From a virus (taxonomy: Duplodnaviria; Caudoviricetes), in IMG/VR virus record IMGVR_UViG_3300036796_000042, positions 1 to 40,483 of that record: a DNA stretch of 40,483 bases; one strand, written 5' to 3'. Below, one piece after another: positions 36,789-40,483 of the stretch (within the stretch, counting starts at the first letter, position 1; every line of letters starts with the position of its first letter). A program made the translations under genes and the position numbers. The notes beneath the pieces are model-generated. The model saw only the letters and a program-made list of their open reading frames with translations. It searched no databases and was not told the origin of the DNA.

Positions 36789-38037
36789 TACACCCACCGC
36801 TCAAGAGGACAAATTTGGCGCGGGGAAAAATGGTTTCACGAATGGTGATCCTGGAACTGGCCGCCGAGCTACGGACCTGAACAGCGATATGTGGGATGCA
36901 GTGCAGGAAGAAATCTGTAATGTGATTGAAAAATCAGGCCTAGCGCTAAACAAAGAGCAACACGACCAGCTTTACCAGGCCATTGGGAAAATAATTAGTT
37001 CTAAAATTCCTGATGCATTAATACGTAATAAAAATCTTTCGGATTTGGTAGATAAGGCCGTCGCGCGCTCTAACCTGGGGCTGGGAACTGCTGCTACTGC
37101 GAGTGTTCAAACATCAAAAGATGATGTCACCACCGGGCGCGTGTTAGTGAACGGCGGCGCTTTGGCTTTGCGTTCTGTAAGGGCATCGCAAACAGCGGGT
37201 GCGGATGTTGTTAGCGCTAATGATTTGCCCATTAATGCCGTATCATTTACTTATTCTGACGCGCTAAACGGGCCTGGAATTACCGCCTCGTTGATTAGTT
37301 TTTCAGGCCTGAGTGGGAATTACCCAATACAATTTTCCGCTGCTTATTCAGGAGGAGGAAACAGAGCACTTTTTCGCACATACAATGGCGACGCAGCAAA
37401 AACATGGAATCCATGGTTTGAATTTTACCACACAGGGAATAAGCCCACACCAGCTGAGGTGGGCGCGGTAGCAAAAGCTGGCGACACAATGACAGGGGTA
37501 CTTACTGTTCCAGGCGTGAATGTAAAGCAAAAAACAGCCAATACAGCATTTGTTATTTACTTTGCCTTAGCTGAGGGGGGCAATCTTGGGTATATTGGAC
37601 AAGGGACGACAACAAAAGATATATATATTTCCAATTATGCTGGAGCAAATAATTTTGCGTTAAAAGCTGATGGTGGGGTTGAGATAAGAGGCAACTCAAC
37701 AACTGCAAACATCTCTGTTATTGGTAACCTAAACCCGACAAGTTTTGCAACGTTTGATGTCCGTTATCAAGCTAAGGGCAGCTACACCCCCGCAGGCCAG
37801 GCTTATACAAAATCAGAAAGCGATGCTCGTTACGGTGTAGTGAATGGCATCAGGCGAGGTGGACAACAACACAAAGTAGGTGGCAACTGGATAGGTGCGT
37901 GGGAGGCCCCAGCCGGGTGTGTCATGACAGGGTTAAATACTAATGAAGGTGATGATGGTCGTAAAATGGGTATATATTATCGGCAGTTACAATATCTGAA
38001 CAAACAAACTGGTGCATGGGTAAACATTGGAGATTAA
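36775..38037 (+). CDS. Tail fiber protein
   Basis: [20 protein letters not shown]-terminus, [20 protein letters not shown] repeat motif and C-terminal YYRQLQ. Confidence 0.92.
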   Translation: MHRIDTPTAQEDKFGAGKNGFTNGDPGTGRRATDLNSDMWDAVQEEICNVIEKSGLALNKEQHDQLYQAIGKIISSKIPDALIRNKNLSDLVDKAVARSNLGLGTAATASVQTSKDDVTTGRVLVNGGALALRSVRASQTAGADVVSANDLPINAVSFTYSDALNGPGITASLISFSGLSGNYPIQFSAAYSGGGNRALFRTYNGDAAKTWNPWFEFYHTGNKPTPAEVGAVAKAGDTMTGVLTVPGVNVKQKTANTAFVIYFALAEGGNLGYIGQGTTTKDIYISNYAGANNFALKADGGVEIRGNSTTANISVIGNLNPTSFATFDVRYQAKGSYTPAGQAYTKSESDARYGVVNGIRRGGQQHKVGGNWIGAWEAPAGCVMTGLNTNEGDDGRKMGIYYRQLQYLNKQTGAWVNIGD

Positions 38038-38038
38038 T

Positions 38039-38548
38039 ATGGATAAGTTTATTTCCCCTAAAATATATAAAAAAGAATCCGTTAAAATTGAAGGGGCTTT
38101 TTATACAGGGCAGTACTATTGTGATAACAAAGGTCGGGATTGGTACGAAACATTAACTTCATGGAATGGTGCTATTGCGCTAGATGAGTCAGATATCGTT
38201 TGTGCGTGTGAATCTGATGTTTCAATGATGGGGATGCAAGAGGGGCGTAGTGTTTATGAGGTACTGCCAAGAGATGTCCCGGAAAATGTAGTTGGAAATT
38301 ACACTTTCAAAGATGGTGTATTTACAGACATACGTCCTAATGATGTAGAACTTGCAGAAAGTGAAAGAAAACGCCTAATGCAGGATGCTAACAATTTGAT
38401 TTTGCCGCTGCAAGATGCTGCTGACTTGGGTATAGAGACAGAGGGGGAGGCTTCATTGCTATTTAAATGGAAACAATATCGGGTGTTGCTCAGCAGAGTT
38501 GATATCTCTGCTGCGCCAAACGTTGAATGGCCTGTTATTCCTGAATGA
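38039..38548 (+). CDS. Tail fiber assembly chaperone
   Basis: G.DWYE, PLQDA.DLG and WKQYRVLLSRVD....WP..P. Confidence 0.9.
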   Translation: MDKFISPKIYKKESVKIEGAFYTGQYYCDNKGRDWYETLTSWNGAIALDESDIVCACESDVSMMGMQEGRSVYEVLPRDVPENVVGNYTFKDGVFTDIRPNDVELAESERKRLMQDANNLILPLQDAADLGIETEGEASLLFKWKQYRVLLSRVDISAAPNVEWPVIPE

Positions 38549-39119
38549 TGTTTTCTACAGTTCTTGTCTTTAAATTCAGTTTTTTTTCTGAGTAGGCAAC
38601 GGTATTGTCCGGAATGTTTTTATTTATAAAAGACATTGCCCCTATTGTTACATTGTTACCTATGACAAGATTATTGCCTAGTATGCTGCTACCAACGCCA
38701 ATCTGTACGTTATCACCAATTTTTATAATGGGTTTTGTGAAGTTCTCATTAATACTTCCACCAAGACCAACCGTACAGTTGTGGCGTATTTTGAAATTAC
38801 TGCCAATAATGGCGCATCCATTTATAACAACAGCTACGAAATGAGTTACTACAAGGCCGGGGCCGATAACAGCAGGAAGCTGGATTTCTGTATTATATTT
38901 TTGGATCAATTTTCTGTTGATTCTCTTTGCGACTTGTTTATTAAATTTCCCATCAGAGTTATAAAAATATGAAGCAATTCGCCACCAGAAATTGAAACGC
39001 CTTTCTGGGCATTTGAAAGCTTTGTGAATCACATTACCCCATGAAAAAGGGTTGTTACTCATCATTACTTCACGGCGGAGGCATTCATGTAAATGTTTTT
39101 TTAATGCGGACTTGTCCAT
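38535..39119 (-). CDS. Hexapeptide-repeat (LbH) acetyltransferase, CysE/WcaB-like
   Basis: IGPGL..H...VVIN, IGDNVQIG, IGNNVTIGA.S and NIPDN repeats; AT-rich. Confidence 0.85.
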   Translation of the reverse strand: MDKSALKKHLHECLRREVMMSNNPFSWGNVIHKAFKCPERRFNFWWRIASYFYNSDGKFNKQVAKRINRKLIQKYNTEIQLPAVIGPGLVVTHFVAVVINGCAIIGSNFKIRHNCTVGLGGSINENFTKPIIKIGDNVQIGVGSSILGNNLVIGNNVTIGAMSFINKNIPDNTVAYSEKKLNLKTRTVENIIQE

Positions 39120-39382
39120 TATTTTACCCCTGCTCCAATTTCTTTCATCTTATCCGTTACACGCTTTAACTCGCTTTCATCTAGCTCCAACTGCGCCGCT
39201 ATATAAAATAATATGTGAGGCGACATTGCCCGCGGTTCTGCTCCGCCAGTGTACTTTCGCCACTGGCTGTTGCTAGCCACACCGGCCAGATCGGCCATCT
39301 GATTACCTGTGTAACCTAGGTCTTCTTTCAGGTGGTTCAGATCATCTGGGGATGGCGGGGTGTAATCATCGATAAGTCGCAT
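39119..39382 (-). CDS. XRE-like HTH transcriptional regulator
   Basis: LGYTGNQMADLAGVAS.SQWRKY..G...R.M; TAATG overlap with the acetyltransferase start. Confidence 0.8.
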   Translation of the reverse strand: MRLIDDYTPPSPDDLNHLKEDLGYTGNQMADLAGVASNSQWRKYTGGAEPRAMSPHILFYIAAQLELDESELKRVTDKMKEIGAGVK

Positions 39383-39400
39383 AGCTCACCTGTGTCAGTC

Positions 39401-39421
39401 AAAAAGCCCCTTTCGGGGCTT
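39401..39421 (-). terminator. Intrinsic terminator
   Basis: AAGCCCC-GAAA-GGGGCTTTTT on the minus strand. Confidence 0.8.
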
Positions 39422-39425
39422 CCTG

Positions 39426-39596
39426 TTAAATTAGTTTGATGAGTAGGGTGGTGATGGTTGCCACGGCACCAATCAGGCCCGTAGCGATGGCTACCGGGTA
39501 CCACATTGTTTCTCTGTTAATCTTTGCTGTTTCAGCCATCAACTTTGCGATTTCAGCATGGATTTTTTCAAGTTCTGCTGTGGTCATATCGCTCAT
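39426..39596 (-). CDS. Small coiled-coil protein with C-terminal TM helix (56 aa, not in ORF track)
   Basis: Manual translation MSDMTTAELEKIHAEIAKLMAETAKINRETMWYPVAIATGLIGAVATITTLLIKLI*; AAGGA RBS; flanked by a promoter and a terminator. Confidence 0.75.
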   Translation of the reverse strand: MSDMTTAELEKIHAEIAKLMAETAKINRETMWYPVAIATGLIGAVATITTLLIKLI

Positions 39597-39651
39597 CTCA
39601 TTCATCCTTTTGGGGTCTGGGCTGCGGCCTTTCCGCTACCTCATGTGATAA

Positions 39652-39680
39652 ATAATAGCCCCTTTGGTGCTATGTGTCAA
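39652..39680 (-). promoter_or_regulatory. Near-consensus sigma70 promoter with an overlapping palindrome
   Basis: TTGACA (39680-39675)-17-TATTAT (39657-39652), with ATAGC-N9-GCTAT at 39655-39673. Confidence 0.8.
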
Positions 39681-39782
39681 GATGGCTATTCGTTAGATGA
39701 GCAGAAAAATATCGGGCAGAATGTAGAAGGATTGCCCCGGCCAGAAGGTTACCCGGAGCAAAGTTTAAGATAGATAAATTTT

Positions 39783-40049
39783 CTAATGTCCGACATGTCT
39801 CACTGATGGAAACTCAGAAACCAGCCACATATCCGCATCATCAAACATTTCCTCAATCAAGCGGTTGAGCTTTTCCTTCTCTGTCTTCGTGCAGTCGCTG
39901 TTAACTGCGTTAGCCTGCATCGGTTTAACGCGAACCACAGCATCTGGGAAAACGCTGTGCACCCGCTTAGTCAATTCTGCAAGGATGATCTCTTTTGCGT
40001 CCGGCAGTCCTTCAACATTTCGCTTGTCATAAACTAGTTCAACGAACAT
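39783..40049 (-). CDS. DinI-like protein
   Basis: MFVELVYDKRN..GL....EIILAEL.KRV...FPD..VRVKPM...EEMF..AD.W; GAGG RBS. Confidence 0.88.
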   Translation of the reverse strand: MFVELVYDKRNVEGLPDAKEIILAELTKRVHSVFPDAVVRVKPMQANAVNSDCTKTEKEKLNRLIEEMFDDADMWLVSEFPSVRHVGH

Positions 40050-40065
40050 AACAAACCTCACTAGA

Positions 40066-40085
40066 TACTGTTTGGATATACAGCA
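40066..40085. promoter_or_regulatory. LexA (SOS) box upstream of the dinI-like gene
   Basis: TACTG-TTTGGATATA-CAGCA matches CTG-N10-CAG. Confidence 0.85.
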
Positions 40086-40131
40086 TTTAAGCTTCTGAAT
40101 GGTGCAACGTCAAGAGGATGTTTGTTTTTAG

Positions 40132-40151
40132 TGTGTACATATTTGAGTACA
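40132..40151 (+). promoter_or_regulatory. Probable integrase arm-type sites (TGNGTACA x2)
   Basis: TGTGTACA 40132-40139 and TGAGTACA 40144-40151. Confidence 0.65.
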
Positions 40152-40212
40152 ATTAAAAGCTTTGTTGTGTTTATAAACTCAATAAATACATCATGTTAAT
40201 TATTTATATTGC

Positions 40213-40235
40213 TATATCCATTTAACTAAGGGGAC
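40213..40235 (+). repeat. att core, right copy (displaced host 5' tRNA fragment)
   Basis: TATATCCATTTAACTAAGGGGAC is the reverse complement of tRNA nt 1-23. Confidence 0.93.
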
Positions 40236-40245
40236 AAGCGGGCGT

Positions 40246-40273
40246 AGTATACCCGCTTTTGGGGTCACGTTAA
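40246..40273 (-). promoter_or_regulatory. Host tRNA promoter, now separated from the tRNA body
   Basis: TTAACG-16-TATACT followed by a GC-rich discriminator directly before GTCCCCTTAG. Confidence 0.65.
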
Positions 40274-40316
40274 GGGGCAAGCAGGCTGATTGCCTGAAAG
40301 ATAACCAGTTTTGGCT

Positions 40317-40483
40317 TTATTCCTCACGCTTTTCCTTCCCTTTTTGCTCCGTGCCATCCTCAACCTCGCGCTGGCGTTTGGTTTTCGCCTTCGCTTCGGC
40401 TTTCTTCTTGTTGCTCATATCGTTACGGATTTGCGCGTGGCTTATCAGCGCAAAGATAAAGGTGCCGCCGCAGATGTTGCCCG
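40317..40483 (-). CDS. yfdC: 3' end of host YfdC-like formate/nitrite transporter family gene (partial)
   Basis: Manual translation GNICGGTFIFALISHAQIRNDMSNKKK...EE*; yfdC is the known neighbour of argW in enterobacteria. Confidence 0.8.
   Translation of the reverse strand, partial: GNICGGTFIFALISHAQIRNDMSNKKKAEAKAKTKRQREVEDGTEQKGKEKREE

Larger units (their letters stand above)
97..40235. mobile_element. Complete temperate prophage, SfV/ST64B/phiP27-like (HK97-type head, Mu-like contractile tail)
   Basis: Flanked by a 23-bp direct repeat. It carries integration, immunity, replication, lysis, packaging, head and tail modules with no obvious broken ORF. Confidence 0.95.

Noticed and set aside
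20578-37530. Numerous minus-strand and alternate-frame ORFs in the structural region (e.g. 24245-24871, 28507-29040, 30280-30804)
   Set aside because: They are shadows of well-supported structural genes and have no motifs or RBS.
36775-39400. Invertible tail-fiber cassette or diversity-generating retroelement
   Set aside because: No serine invertase, inverted fiber copy, reverse transcriptase or template repeat was seen.
40213-40235. Second tRNA-Arg gene
   Set aside because: Only nt 1-23 are present. It is the att duplicate, with no anticodon or T arm.

Overview
The window is almost entirely one apparently intact ~40.1 kb temperate prophage (about 97..40235) of an enterobacterium. It is integrated into the 5' end of the tRNA-Arg(CCT) gene (argW-type locus), next to a host yfdC-like gene. 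The architecture resembles SfV/ST64B/phiP27: tyrosine integrase and excisionase, a leftward early operon, a lambdoid cI/cro/YmfL switch, SF2 helicase plus primase, NinG, an MT-A70 methylase, a Q-like antiterminator, a holin/GH19 endolysin/Rz-Rz1 lysis cassette, HNH-terminase-HK97-type head genes and a Mu-like contractile tail. The most unusual element is a three-gene cassette in the late operon between lysis and packaging genes (Maf/sialyltransferase-fold protein, GT-B/GT9-like glycosyltransferase, SAM methyltransferase), a candidate virion- or surface-glycosylation system. Other oddities are a DndB-like DGQHR plus ParB-like gene pair, an array of small genes with repeated junctions, two tRNA-mimicking non-coding structures, and a promoter-bearing moron (small membrane protein, HTH regulator, acetyltransferase) at the right end. 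All protein calls come from motif recognition and gene order, not from database searches.
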